Shown: positions 12,326 through 25,619, numbered from the stretch's first letter. The stretch: 64,000 bases of DNA from Squalus acanthias (GCA_030390025.1 CM059432.1:2418001-2482000), one strand, 5' to 3'. A program made the numbers and translations. Notes: generated by a model from the letters alone, not told the origin.

Positions 12326-12859
12326 GTATTGATGCAAAATTTGCAAAAATTAAAATAGATGAGGATATCACCTTAGAAATAATTAGGAATCTCAAAACAG
12401 ATCTGTTGTTCCTGAGGTTGTGACTCACTTCAAAAGTTCTTCATTGGCTGTAAAACACTTTGGGATGTCCTGAGGATGTGGACGGTGCTACATAAATGCA
12501 AGTTCTTTCTTTCTTCAAAGCTTCCTATGTGCTCTGTGTCCAAATCTCCTGCATGAGACATTCCTCAGTCTACTTTTTTAACAGAGGTGTTAATCTGCTT
12601 AAGACAAACGGATCAATGCTTCTTTTAAAATGGCAGACGGAGCATTGCCGTACAAATGTGTTCAGCATTCAGGTGCCAGTGTCACAAACGGTCATTTCCG
12701 GACATATATTTTCACACGCTGGCCGGCGCTGCTTCGAGTCCAATGCCCCGACTCTGCGGAAACCCAGTTAAGAGTGTGTAAACTGGTTACACGGGAACAT
12801 AGGAACAGGAGGAGGCCATTCAGCCCCTCGAGCCTGTTCCAATTGAAAGGCGGAACAGG

Positions 12860-13368
12860 GAGTGCGGCGAAGGTTCACCAGACTGATTCCTGGGATGGTA
12901 GGACTGTCGTATGAGGAGAGATTGGGTCGACTAGGCCTGTATTCACTAGAGTTTAGAAGAATGAGAGAGGATCTCATGGAAACGTATAAAATTCTGACAG
13001 GGCTAGACAGACTGGATGCAGGGAGGATGTTTCCCCAGGCTGGGGGGTCTAGAACGAGGGGTTACAGTCTCAGGATACGGGGTAGGACATTTAGGACTGT
13101 GATGAAGAGAAGTTTCTTCACTCAGAGGGTGGTGAACCTGTGGAATTCTCTACCACAGAAGGCTGTGGAGGCCAAATCACTGAATATATTTAAGAAGGAG
13201 ATAGATAGATTTCTAGACACAAAAGGCATCAAGGGGTATAGGGAGAGAGCGGGAATATGGTATTGAGATAGAGGATCAGCCATGATCATATTGAATGGCG
13301 GAGCAGGCTCGAAGGGCCGAATGGCCGACTCCTGCTCCTATTTTTCTATGTTTCTATGTTTCTATGAT
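12860..13368 (+). mobile_element. CR1 3' fragment
   Basis: [24 protein letters not shown]; (TTTCTATG)n tail. Confidence 0.88.
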
Positions 13369-14377
13369 CAGTATCTAGCAATCAGGGCACCAGTTCATAG
13401 AATCATATAATAGTACAGCACAGAAGGAGGCCATTCGGCCCATCGAGTCTGCATATTATTTCCCCTGTTGAGTCTGCACCGGCTCTCTCTCTCTCGAAGA
13501 GTGATCCTGTTAGTCGCTCTTTCCCCATAATCCCTGCAACATTTTTTCTCCTTCTTGTAGACAGAAACGTTTGGGCTTTGCCCGAGATCGTGCGCACCCC
13601 CCGGTACCAAAACCAGATCAATTGCTTACTCATAACCACATATAATTCCAGCGGATTCCCAGCCATGCCAATAAACCTGCTGCATCAATGAGCTCATCCA
13701 CAAGCACTGTGCAATCAAAATATACAACAGGCGCCAAGGTGCAAACTCCTGAAAGTTTAATAAATAAACCGGCAGTTTTGGATTAATTAGGTCTTGTCAA
13801 AAGAGATAATTCTGTTTGTGGCAGAATTTATGGTAAATATTTGTAATTCTTTAATGAAGTGTTGTGTTCTTTTTTTTTTTAAATACATATTATTTCCCCT
13901 GTTGTGTGATGTTTACTGGAGCAGTTTACTTAAATACATTGATATATAGACCTATGGGAGCAAATAGGAGCTATCTGATTTGCGTGATGTACCAGCAACG
14001 GAATGGGCCAAGTATAGAACAAAACAATACATAATATCTCAGTCTGGTGTCAGCTTTTATTGCATTGCGCAAAGTGTAGCACATTTCATGTTGGCCTGCA
14101 TTGGAATATAAATGAAGTCATCCATTTTTTATCTTCGGTGTTTTATCAAAGGCTCGTTCAAAACACATCAATTGCAGCAGAGCATCCATTTGTGGCCATT
14201 CTCACTACTGCGGAACTTGAATGAAGTATGGTGCAATTAGTGCAGCAACTCATTGAGGAGCAGGAGGCTGGCATCAGTTTGATGTTCTATTCGTTCTATT
14301 TTTATTCACAATATTTCAAGAAACAATGAGCCTGGAGACTTTCTCCATTTAATTTTTTTTTTTTGTTTTTGCTTCGA

Positions 14378-15112
14378 AAGAAAGACTTGCATTTCTATCG
14401 TGTCTTTCGCCACCACCCGACGTCCCAAAACGCTTTACAGACAATGAAGTACTTTTTGAAGTGTAGTCACTGTTGTAATGTAGGAAACACAGCAGCCAAT
14501 TCGCGCACAGCAAGCTCCCACAAACAGAAATGTGATAATGACCAGATAATCTGTTTTTTAGTGATGTTGGTTGAGGGATAAATATTGGCCCCAGGACACC
14601 GGGGATAACTCCCCTGCTCTTACGTCATATAACGGCCATGGGATCTTTTACATCCACCTGAGAGGGCAGACGGGGCCTCAGTTTAACGTCTCATCCAAAA
14701 AACGGCACCTCCAACAGTGCGGTGCTCCCTCAGTACTGCCCCTCCGACAGTGCGGCGCTCCCTCAGTACTGCCCCTCTGACAGTGAGGCGCTCACTCAGT
14801 ACTGCCCCTCCAACAGTGCAGCGCTCCCTCAGTACTGACCCTCCGACAGTGCAGCGCTCCCTCAGTACTGCCCCTCCGACAGTGCGGCGCTCCCTCAGTA
14901 CTGCCCCTCCGACAGTGCGGCGCTCACTCAGTACTGCCCCTCCAACAGTGCAGCGCTCCCTCAGTACTGCCCCTCCGACAGTGCAGCGCTCCCTCAGCAC
15001 TGCACTGGAATGTCAGCCTGGATTTTTGTGCTCAAGTCTCTGGAGTGGGACTATGAACCCACAATCTTCTGACTCAGAGGAGAGAATGCTGCCCACTGAG
15101 CCACAGCTGACA
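14378..15112 (-). mobile_element. DeuSINE, full length, with expanded 33-bp minisatellite (14709-15000)
   Basis: Reverse SINE consensus; about 9 copies of ctccgacagtgcrgcgctccctcagtactgccc. Confidence 0.85.
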
Positions 15113-15364
15113 CTGTATGGACAGATGTTTAATCATCTGCCTACGTAACGGACTCGTAGAGCTCACATTTTAGTGAGTATAAGATCATCTCAGAAGACCG
15201 CGTGTAATGATCATTTAAATATATATATATGTATTACGTGTGTTCCGATTCACCATACCTTGATGTATTATGCTGTTATGGAGTTAGAGAAGGCATCTGG
15301 AGAGTTTGAATCCTTGAAGGGCTTTGCCACAGGAAGGGAGGGAAGGCCAGCTGGTTAGGCCTCA

Positions 15365-15658
15365 GAACATAAGAACATAAGAATTAGGAGCAGGAGTAGG
15401 CCATACGGCCCCTCAAGCCTGCTCCGCCATTCAATAAGATCATGGCTGATCTTTGATCTCACTCCACTTTCCTGCCCGATCCCCATATCTCTTGATTCCC
15501 CTAGAGTCCAAAAATCTATCGATCTCAGTCTTGAATATTCTCAACAACTGAGCATCCTCTGAGGTAGAGAATTCCAAAGATTCACAACCCTCTGAGTGAA
15601 GAAATTTCTCCTCATCTCAGTCCTAAATGGTCGGCCCCTTATGTCTCCTAGTTCTAGT
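15365..15658 (-). mobile_element. CR1 3' fragment
   Basis: (TTCTTATG)n tail and CR1 3' UTR. Confidence 0.75.
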
Positions 15659-15659
15659 T

Positions 15660-15893
15660 TAGTTGGAGTATTGCGTCCAATTCTGGGCCCCACACTTTAG
15701 GAAGGATGTCAAGGTCTTGGAGAGGGTGCAGAGGAAATTTATGAGAATGGTACCAGGGATGAAGGGTCTTCAGTTATGTGGAGAGACTGGAGAAGCCGGC
15801 ATTGTACTCCTTAGAACAGAGAAGGTTAAGGGGAGATTTAATAGAGGTGTTCAAATTATGAAGGATTTTGATAGAGTTGACAGGGAGAGACTG
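15660..15893 (+). mobile_element. CR1 fragment split by the solo LTR (resumes at 17016)
   Basis: [24 protein letters not shown]|tttccac. Confidence 0.8.
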
Positions 15894-17015
15894 TGAAGGA
15901 ATAAGCCATATAACCTATTCAGAAAAATACACTATCTTATGAAAGAATTCTGGCCTTATTAAAACATGACAAACTGGGTTTGGAAATTTAGAAACCTAAC
16001 TATGAAATAGCTATGAAAGCATTCTGGCTATTGAGATAAGACAGTTGTTGACCCTGAATAAATAACCTTATTGAAACAGAAGGTGAAGGGCTCCGACAGG
16101 CTGACCTTTTGGGAAAGAAACAATGGTTCACCCTCAATAAGGTTTTCTAATTTACACTTCGTAAAGAAGCACATAAGATAGGGAACATCTACCCTCGTAA
16201 AGTAAGGAACACCTGCCGTCACACCGTTTTTATATGGTAAACTTAGAACACCTCGAGATGAGACATGATTCTGGCTGATGTGGCAGTAAGAATTGCAGAG
16301 GCCATCAGAAAAATGACTAGAGATAATTAGCTTGCATCAGCAGAAAACCTTAAAGGAGATACCACTGGAAAAGGGTATAAATATTGAACTCTCAAATGGG
16401 ATAACAGACTCGCTTTAATCGGGCAAAGCGATTCTCGGCTTCAGAGGCGGCCCTGTAGTCTACCACTCTTTGTACCTCGGGGATCAAAGGTATTTGATAT
16501 TGGTGGCTATCCTGTATAAGAACTTTAAGAACTGTAATACTGTAGCGAAGTTAAGATTTAAAAGTAAGATTCTCTGTTAATAATAAGATAGCATTTTTTC
16601 TCTTTTTAGAACTGTTAATGTTGCAATTGACTCACCAACTGTAAATTGCATGTCGGTTCTTTAATAAATCTATATATTTTTAGAATTGTCTCACATAAGA
16701 CTTCTGCATCAAACTCGCAAACTCAATCTCTGTACACACTTTGGTGAGGAGTTGCAGAATTCTGAGGGAGTTTTCGGGACCCTCATAATATCCGGAACGT
16801 TACAGTCTAGCTAAACTTATTAAAAGCGCTATCTGGAGGACGGTAACATTCTCGGGTTGTTCCTTTCCTTTAGGGAGAGATAGCCCGGACCTTTAGACCC
16901 AATTAAGCATCTTTAGGATTCGGCTACCTCAAACTTTAGTTGAAAGTGAACGTCTGAGAAATACGCCTGATCCGGGGTAGCCCTAAAGGGGCTAGGACTA
17001 GTAATTATCCCTTCA
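15894..17015 (+). mobile_element. Putative solo LTR (1122 bp), retrovirus or LTR retrotransposon
   Basis: TG..CA ends; terminal IR TGAAGGAATAA / TTATCCCTTCA (10/11); 6-bp duplication AGACTG (15888-15893, 17016-17021); TATAAA 16376-16381; AATAAA 16663-16668. Confidence 0.8.
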
Positions 17016-17314
17016 AGACTGTTTCCACAGTTTAGCCTCGGCTTAACGTCTCATCCGAAAGCTGGCGCCTCCGACAGTGCAGCATTCCCTCGGTACTGCA
17101 CTGGGAGTGTCAGCCCAGATGACATGCTCAAGTCTCTGGAGTGGGACTACGAACCCACAGCCTTCTGACTCAGAGGTGAGGGTGCTACTCGCTGAGCCAC
17201 GGCTGAAACACGGAAAGCATTGCTGCTGAGGAGGCTCCGCGCTGCCATCCAGGATGAAGGCTCGTAATTGTGGCATAATTGCTGCAACTTTACTGAGTGA
17301 CAATCAACAGTTGA

Positions 17315-18058
17315 ACAACAACAACAACAACCTGTATTTATATAGCACCTTTAACGTAGTAAAACGTCCCAAGGCGCTTCACAGGAGTATTATAAGGCAA
17401 CAAATTTGACACCGAGCCACATAAAGATAAACTAGGGCAGGTGACCAAAAGCTTGGTCAAAGAGGTAGGTTTTAAGGAGCTTCTTAAAGGAGGAGAGAGA
17501 GGTAGAGAGGGGGAGAGGTTTAGGGAGGGAATTCCAGAGCTTGGGTCCCAGGCAGCTGAAGGCACGGCCACCAATGGTTGAGCGAATATAATCAGGATGC
17601 TCAAGAGGCCAGAATTAGAGGAGCGCAGATATCTCGAGGGGGGGTGTGGGGCTGGAGGAGATTACAGAGATAGGGAGGGGCGAGGCCATGGAGGGATTTG
17701 AAAACAAGGATGAGAATTTTGAAATCGAGGCGCTGCTTAACCGGGAGCCAATGTAGGTCAGCGATCACAGGGGTGATGGGCGAACGGGACTTGGTGCGAG
17801 TTAGGACACGGGCAGCCGAGTTTTGGATGACCTCAAGTTTACATAGGGTGGAATGTAGGAGGCCGGCCAGGAGTGCGTTGGAATAGTCAAGTCTAGAGGT
17901 AACAAAGGCATGGATGAGGGTTTCAGCAGCGGATGAGCTGAGGCAGGGGAGGAGACGGGCGATGTTACGGAGGTGGAAGTAGGCGGTCTTTGTTATGCTG
18001 CGGATATGTGGTCGGAAGCTGATTTCAGGCTCAAATATGACACCAAGGTTGCGAACAG
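17315..18058 (-). mobile_element. L2 3' fragment
   Basis: (AAC)n tail and reverse L2 RT C-terminus. Confidence 0.85.
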
Positions 18059-18144
18059 TAGGGCCATGATCTTATTGAATGGCGGAGCAGGCTCGAGGGG
18101 CCATATGGCCTACCCCTGCTCTTACTTCTTATGTTCTTATGTGC

Positions 18145-18395
18145 TAAGAGCAGGGAGTTATCCCCGGTGTCCTGACCAATATTTGTCCCTCAACCAACAT
18201 AACAAAAACAGATTATCTGGTCATTATCACATTGCTGTTTGTGGGAGCTTGCTGTGCGCAAATTGGCTGCCGCGTTTCCCACATTACAACAGTGACTCCA
18301 CTTCAGAAGTACTTCATTGGCTGTAAAGCGCTTTGAGACGTCCGGTGGTCGTGAAAGGCGCTGTAGAAATGCAAGTCTATCTTTATTTTCTTTTT
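18145..18395 (+). mobile_element. DeuSINE 3' half
   Basis: SINE consensus. Confidence 0.7.
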
Positions 18396-19254
18396 TATTA
18401 CTAGTAACTCTGCCTGTTATTTGTGAAGCAGTCCTTTTGAATAGCTGAGAACAGACCTCACTTCAATTCCCTGCAGACGCTGCAGCTTTTATCTTCAGAT
18501 GTTTTTTTACACGCATTGATATTTGTTACGGATAAATGTAACCTCCCAACGACATATTTTACAAAGTTTACTGACAATCTTGCAAATGCAAAGAAAAGGT
18601 AGGTCATCTAACACAGAGAGAGAATCTGGAAAGTAAATCTTAGTCTGAGATCGATAGATTTTTGGACTATGGGAGAATCAAGGGATACGGAGATCGGGCG
18701 GTAAAGTGGAATTGAGGTAGAAGATCAGCCATGATCTTATTCAATGGCGGAGCAGGCTCGAGGGGCCATAAGGCCGACTCCTGCTCCTATTTCTTATGTT
18801 CTTATGTTCTTACATTCTTAATCGTGTTATATTCAGGGGAATGACTACCTATGGGGAGAAACTGGTCCCTGTCGCGCCCAATGTCCGAAACGAGTGCCTT
18901 GGGATCTTTTACGTCCACCTGAGAGTGCAGACGGGGCCTTGATTTAACGTCTCATCCGAAAGACGGCACCTCCGACAGTGCAGCGCTCCCTCGGTACTGC
19001 ACTGGAGTGTCAGCCTGGATTATGTCAGCCAAGGATCAGTCTGGGATCCCTACTGCTTCCAGTTTCCAGAAGCTCACTGCCAACTGGTCAAATTCAGAGA
19101 CCATACCAAACTAGGAAGGGCTGTGGAACCTGAGGTAGGTAGGAACCTACGAAATGAGTTAGACCAAATATGTAAGTGGGTGACAAAAATGGTAGATGAA
19201 GGGACTAGACAGGGAAATTAAAAATGGGAAACATATGTACTCTATGAATGTTTT

Positions 19255-19615
19255 TTTTCCATTTGTTCCTGGAATGTGGGCATCGCTGGCAAGGCCAGCA
19301 TTTATTGTCCATCCCTAGTTGCCCTTGAGAAGGTGGTGGTGAGCCGCCATCTTGAACCGCTGCAGTCCGTGTGGTGAAGGTACTCCCACAGTGCTGTTAG
19401 GGAGGGATTTCCAGAATTTTGACCCAGCGACGATGAAGGAACGGCGATATATTTCCAAGTCAGGATGGTGGGTGACTTGGAGGGGAACTTGGAGGGGGTG
19501 GTGTTCCCATGCACCTGCTGCCCTTGTCCTTCGAGGTGGCAGAGGTCGCAGGTTTGGGAGGTGCTGCCGAAGAAGCCTTGGCGAGTTGCTGCAGTGCATC
19601 TTGTAGATGGTACAC
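19255..19615 (-). mobile_element. CR1-group LINE (second family) 3' end
   Basis: CTIYKMHCSNSPRLLRQHLP..WKSLPNSTV, as at 45452-46390 and 51060-51590. Confidence 0.75.
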
Positions 19616-19619
19616 GGAC

Positions 19620-21755
19620 CCGAGCCATTCAATACTTTTCCACTTTTTCCCCCTCTTTTCCTTTTCTCTCTATCCCTCCCTGACCGCTCTCTCCTGTCAT
19701 CATGCCTCCTTTCAGCTCTCCTCTCTCGGATACTCTGCCCTCCCAAATCCCTACCCCAGTCCTTCATTACTCGTCGACCTTCCTCCTCTCCTGCCGTTGT
19801 CCCAGGCTTGACTCCCTCTTAGATAAGCCCACAGCTTCCCTCTGTGCCTCTCTTGGCATCCTACGAAGGGCCCATCGAGGCACTCGTCGCTGCCGCCTTA
19901 CGAGCAGTAACCCCAACTGTCCCATCCTACTCTCTCGCCGACCTTCCCGCCCAGCGCGCCCACTGGGGGCTAATCTTGCCAATGTCCTCCCATCCAACTC
20001 ATCCCCCCCAGCGCTGACCCTGTGGATGCTGGCAGTGGGGCAGTCATCACCGACCCTTTCCGCGTCTCCCTACAGAATGTCCGTTCACTTGCGAACAAGG
20101 CCCTTGCCATCCATGAGCTTATCGTGGATGATTGCATCGACATCATGGCCCTGACAGAAACTTGGTTGAGGGGTGATGACACCTTACCCTTAAATGAAGC
20201 CTCCCCGCCCGGCTATACCTTCCACCACTTGCCCCACCCAGACCGCCGGGGTGGCGGTGTGGCTCTCATCACCAAATCACACCTTGGCCTGTCCCCCTAC
20301 TCCTCCGGCACTTTCTCCTCCTTTGAGCATCTCACCTAATTCCACCCCTTTCACTTAAAATTCTCGTTCTCTACCACCCACCCAAGTATCATAAAAATGT
20401 TATTACTGAGATATCTTCACTGCTTTCCTCCCTCAGCCTCTGCACCGAACGACTTCTCATCCTCGGTGATTTCGACCTCGATTATGACGGGTTTGGATAG
20501 GCTAGACGAGGAAAGGCTGTTCCCACTAGTTGATGGGACAAGGACTAGGGGACACAGATTTAAGGTTTTGGGCAAGAGATACAGGGGGGACGTGAGGAAA
20601 AACCTTTTTACACAGCGAGTGGTGAGGACCTGGAACTTGCTGCCGACAGAAGTGGTGGAAGCGGAGACACTCAATGTTTTCAAGGGGAGACTGGATAGGC
20701 ACTTGAGGGAAATAAACTTGCAGGGCTAAGGGAATAGAGCGGGGGAATGGGACTGACTGGATTGGTCTACAGAGAGCCGGCACAGACTCGATGGGCCGAA
20801 TGGCCTCCTTCTGTGCCGTTATGACTCTATGACTCCCACTTCTCTCGACTCCTCCACGGTCTCTAAATTGTCAGACTGCTTGTCTGACATCCAGTTCTGG
20901 ATGAGCAGAAATTTTCTCCAATTAAATATTGGGAAGACCGAAGCCATTGTTTTCAGTCTCTGCCACAAACTCCGTTCCCTAGCCACTGACTCCATCCCTC
21001 TCCCTAACATCTGTCTGAAGCTGAACCACACTGTTCGCAACCTTGGTATCATATTTGACCCTGAAATGAGCTTCCGACCACATATCCGCAGCATAACTAA
21101 GACCGCCTACTTCCACCTCCGTAACATCGCCCATCTCCGCCCCTTGCCTCAGCTCATCCACTGCTGAAACCCTCATCCATGCCTTTGTTACCTCTAGACT
21201 TGACTATTCCAACGCACTCCTGCTGGCCTCCCACATTCCACCCTATGTAAACTTGAGGTCATCCAAAACTCAGCTGTCCGTGTCCTAACTCGCACCAAGT
21301 CCCGTTCGCCCATCACTCCTGTGCTCGCTGACCTACATTGGCTCCTGGTTAAGCAGTGCCTCGATTTCAAAATTCTCATCCTTGTTTTCAAATCCCTCCA
21401 TGGCCTCGCCCCTCCCTATCTCTGTAATCTCCTTCAGCCCCACAACCCCCCGAGATATCTGCGCTCCTCTAATTCTGCCCTCTTGAGCATCCCCGATGAT
21501 AATCGCTCAACCATTGGTGGCCGTGCCTTCTGTTGCCTGGGCCCTAAGCTCTGGAATTCCCTGCCTAAACCTCTCCGCCTCGCTCCCTCTCTTTCCTCCT
21601 TTAAGGCGCTCCTGAAAACCTCCCTCACCTGCCCTAATTTTTCCTTAGGTGGCTCAGTGTCAAATTTGTTGTTTTATAATCGCTCCTGTGCAGCGCCTTG
21701 GGACGTTTTACTACGTTAAAGGTGCTAGATAAATACAAGTTGTTGTTGTTGTTGG
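19620..21755 (+). mobile_element. L2 LINE with APE endonuclease N-terminus and RT C-terminus, internally deleted and interrupted by a CR1 (20480-20833)
   Basis: SLQNVRSLANK..MALTETWL..RRGGGVAL (APE); LQLNIGKTE..VRNLGIIFD..AYFHLRNIA (L2 RT C-terminus); (GTT)n tail. Confidence 0.85.
20480..20833 (+). mobile_element. CR1 3' fragment nested in L2
   Basis: MTGLDRLDEERLFPL..TQRVVRTWN; tail atgactctatga. Confidence 0.85.
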
Positions 21756-22829
21756 TGGTGTTCCCATGAGCCTGCTGCCCTTGTCCTTCTAGGTGGTAGA
21801 GGTCGCGGGTTTGGGAGGTGCTGCCGAAGAAGCCTTGGCGAGTTGCTGCAGTGCATCTTGTAGATGGTACACACTGCAGCCACGGTACGCCGGTGGTGGA
21901 GGGAGTGAATGTTTAAGGTGGTGGATGGGGTGCCAATCGAGGGGGCTGCTTTGTCCTGGATGGTGTCGAGCTTTATGAGTGTTGTTGGAGCTGCACTCAT
22001 CCAGGCAAGTGTGGAGAGTGGTTTCAAGAATGGTTTCAGGGGCACCCAAGACAGTAAGCCCCAGCAGGAAGTGGCTGAGGCAGCACAGCACAGGGGGAGG
22101 CCATTCGGCCCATCGTGCCTGTGCCGGCTCTTTGGCCGAGCTCTCCAATTAGCCCCGCTCTCCCTGCCCTTTCCCCACAGCCCTGCAAATTTCTCCTTTT
22201 CAATTGCATATCCACTTCCCCTTCCCTCAGTGCTACTTCAAACCCCCTATAAACAGCAATATATCGAGCCAGAAATGTTTCATTACTCAGGAAGTTTGCC
22301 TAAAGTAAGTTAAGACACAAGAACCCACGCACATGCTAAAAATATGCTGCAAGCACAATTCATCTTCCGTGTCCACAAAATCTAAATTAGGAGATGAATG
22401 AGACAGCTGCACCTCTAGGTTATTCAATTTTGAATTAATCAGTATCCTTTCTGAATCTTCATTTCTTTGCAAAGGACAAGGTCGCCCATAATCAATGGCA
22501 TTGAGTTGCCAGGGGTAGAGGAATGGCAACTAGAATCATAGAATGGTTCCAGCACAGAAGGAGGCCATTCGGCCCGTCGAGCCCGTGCCGGCTCTCTGCA
22601 AGAGCACTTCAGCTAGTCCCACTCCCCTGCCCTTTCCCCGTAGCCCTGCAAAAATGTTTTCCTTCAGGTACTTTTGAAAGCCAACTCTCAGGCCCTTAAG
22701 TAGGCATGAGGAGGAAACTCTACTATCCAGAGCAGACCCACCTGGGAGGCAGAGGGAGATGCAGAAATTGGTGGAGAGTTGTCAGGAAGAGGTTGGTAAC
22801 AAGTGTAGTTGGCCTTAAGAACAGTGAAG

Positions 22830-23311
22830 ATCTGCTGCCCGTGTCCTAACTCGTGCCAGGTCCCGTTCATCCATCTCCCCTGTGCTCGCTGACCTACTCT
22901 GGCTCCTGGTCCATCAGCACCTTGATTTTAAAATTCTCATCCTTGTTTACAAAGCCCTCCATGGCCTCGCCCGTCCCAATCTCTGTAATCTCCTCCAGCC
23001 CCACAACCCTCCGAGATCTCTGCGCTCCTCCAATTCTGGCCTCTTGAGCATCTCTGATTTCCTTCGCTCCACCATTGGCGGCCGTACCTTCAGCTGCCTG
23101 GGCCCTGAGCTCTGGAATTCCCTCCTTAAACCTCTCTGCACCTCTCTCCTCTTTTAAGATGTGCCTTAAAACCTGCCTCTTTGACCAAGCTTTTGGTCAC
23201 CTGTTCTATTATTTCCTTGTGTGGCTCGGTGTCACATCTTGTCCTGTGAAGCACCTTGGAACGGTTTACTATGTTAAAGGCGCTATATAAATGCAAGTTG
23301 TTGTTGTTGTT
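22830..23311 (+). mobile_element. L2 3' fragment
   Basis: LADLLWL..FKILILVYKALHG; (GTT)n tail. Confidence 0.85.
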
Positions 23312-23377
23312 AGTGGGTCCAGTCTTCAGACATTCTGAGTAGTTGAAAGGTCTCCTATGAAGAAGACAAGAAGACAT

Positions 23378-25071
23378 GGAGGAGGAGGTGGAGGAGGAGG
23401 AGGAGAGGAGGAGGAGGAGGGGAGGAGGAGGATGAGGGGAGGAGGAGGAGGAGAGAATGAGGAGGAGAGGAGGAGAGGAGGAGCAGGGGAGGAGGAGGAG
23501 GAGGAGAGAATGAGGAGAAGGAGGAAGAGGAGGAGAGTAGGAGGAGGAGGAGGGGGAGGAAGAGGAGGAGAGAATGAGGAGGAGAAGTGGATGAGGAGGA
23601 GGAAGGGGAGAGGAGGATGAGGAGGAGAGGATGAGGAAGAGGAGGAGGAAGAGAGGAGGGAATGAGGAGGAGGAGGAAGAGGAGGAGAGGAGGAGGAGGA
23701 GGAGGGAATGAGGAGAAGGAGGAAGAGGAGGAGAGGAGGAGGAGGAGGAGGAGAAGAGGATGAGGAGGAGGGGGAAGAGAGGAGGGAATGAGGAGGAGGA
23801 GGGGGAGAGGAGGATGAGGAGGAGAGGATGAGGAAGAGGAGGAGGAAGAGAGGAGGGAATGAGGAGAAGGAGGAAGAGGAGGAGAGTAGGAGGAGGAGGA
23901 GGGGAGGAAGAGGAGGAGAGAATGAGGAGGAGAAGTGGATGAGGAGGAGGAAGGGGAGAGGAGGATGAGGAGGAGAGGATGAGGAAGAGGAGGAGGAAGA
24001 GAGGAGGGAATGAGGAGGAGGAGGAAGAGGAGGAGAGGAGGAGGAGGAGGGAATGAGGAGAAGGAGGAAGAGGAGGAGAGGAGGAGGAGGAGAAGAGGAT
24101 GAGGAGGAGGAGGAAGAGAGGAGGGAATGAGGAGGAGGAGGGGGAGAGGAGGATGAGGAGGAGAGGATGAGGAAGAGGAGGAGGAAGAGAGGAGGGAATG
24201 AGGAGAAGGAGGAAGAGGAGGAGAGGAGGAGGGAATGAGAAGGAGGAAGAGGAGGAGAGGAGGAGGAGGAGGAGGAGGAGGAGGAGAGGAGGAGGAGAGA
24301 GGAGGAGAGGAGGAGAGGAGGAGGAGGAGAGGAGGAGGAGGAGAGGATGAGGAGAGGAGGAGAGGATGAGGGGAGGAGGAGGAGGAGGAGAGGATGAGGG
24401 GAGGAGGAGGAGGAGGATTGGAGGAGAGGATGAGGGGAGGAGGAGAGGAGGAGGAGGAGAGGAGGAGGAGAGGAGGAGGAGAGGAGGAGGAGGAGGAGGA
24501 GAGGAGGAGGAGAGGAGGAGGAGAGGAGGAGGAGGAGGAGAGGAGGAGGAGAGGAGGAGGAGAGGAGGAGGAGGAGGAGGAGAGGAGGAGGAGGAGGAGA
24601 GGAGGAGGAGAGGAGGAGGAGGAGGAGGAGGAGGAGAGGAGGAGGAGGAGGATGAGGAGAGGAGGAGGAGGAGAGGAGGAGGGGAGGAGGAGGGGGGTAG
24701 GAGGAGGAGGAGGAGGGGGTAGGAGGAGGAGGAGGAGGAGGAGGAGGAGGGGAGGAGGAGGAGGAGAGGAGGAGGGAGGAGGAGAGGAGGAGAGGAGGAG
24801 GAGGAGGAGGAGGAGAGGAGGAGAGGAGGAGGAGGAGAGGAGGAGGGGAAGAGGAGAGGAGGAGAGGAGGAGGAGAGGAGAGAGGAGGAGGAGGAGGAGA
24901 GGAGGAGGAGGAGGAGGAGGAGGAGGAGAGGAGGAGGAGGAGGAGGAGAGGAGGAGGAGGAGGAGAGGAGGGAGGAGGAGGAGGAGAGGAGGAGGAGGAG
25001 GAGGAGGAGAGGAGGAGGAGGAGAGGAGGAGGAGGGGGAGGAGGAGAGGATGAGGAGGAGAAGAGGATGAT
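23378..25071. repeat. Degenerate (GGA)n polypurine tract, about 1.7 kb
   Basis: Almost only G/A on the + strand; higher-order repeat with marker agaagtggat at 23583 and 23931. Confidence 0.97.
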
Positions 25072-25619
25072 GTTGCACTCTCCTGGTTTCCATTCTCTCC
25101 TCCTCCGTACCTTCCTCAAAGTGCAGGCACATTGGAAACCCAAGAGCTAAATCCATTGCCTGTCTTAAAATGAAATTCTCTCTTTGAAGAATCAAGCAAC
25201 GACCTAGAATGCCTGAGATTTCAATCGGCTTTCTATACTGCAATTGCTTTCGGGCTTTTCAGTCTTATAGGATTGCTGGTCTATATAAGCTATTTACATA
25301 GATTTACTGCACGGCATGGCCCAGAATAAAAGGATTCAAATTGTTTGCAGAGGTGAGCATGGATTTGGATGGTCATTCTTCATATAAGCATCTTAGAGAT
25401 GAAAGTGGGGTTAGAAATGGAATTCGAGGTTGCTGCCCCTTTTCCACTATTTAAAAGGGCTGCTCCTTGATTTTTGGCTGCACTTCAGTCCCACGCTCCT
25501 GATCTTTGGACACCCGGTGTGGGGAGGGGAGCGGGAGGGCTGGAGGGCCTCCTCGTAGGACTGCTCCTGGGCCTGGCCAGTAAGAAAGAAAGAAAGAAAG
25601 TGCCTTTGCACTTCCTGAC

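Noticed and set aside
12600..12770. Possible promoter (YY1-like AAAATGGC, ETS-like ATTTCCGG) or first exon MADGALP..
   Set aside because: Short motifs expected by chance and no supporting gene structure.
13630..13748. Candidate minus-strand host exon (ctttcag|GAG..TGA|gtaagc; EFAPWRLLYILIAQCLW..)
   Set aside because: Good splice signals, but I do not recognise the peptide and cannot link it to other exons; needs tBLASTx or RNA-seq.
14709..15000. CRISPR-like array (also 1-218, 42548-43160, 53842-54103)
   Set aside because: Head-to-tail units with no unique spacers, derived from SINE/L2 sequence in eukaryotic DNA.
18478..18598. Candidate plus-strand exon (TLQLLSSDVFLHALIFVTDKCNLP..)
   Set aside because: Short open frame with plausible AG/GT but no recognisable homology.
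25109..25238. Candidate minus-strand exon (YRKPIEISGILGRCLILQRENF..)
   Set aside because: Weak acceptor and unrecognised peptide.
23126..25243. 605-705 aa ORFs rich in S/P/L or E/G/R
   Set aside because: Translations of the (GGA)n tract, which lacks stop codons by composition.
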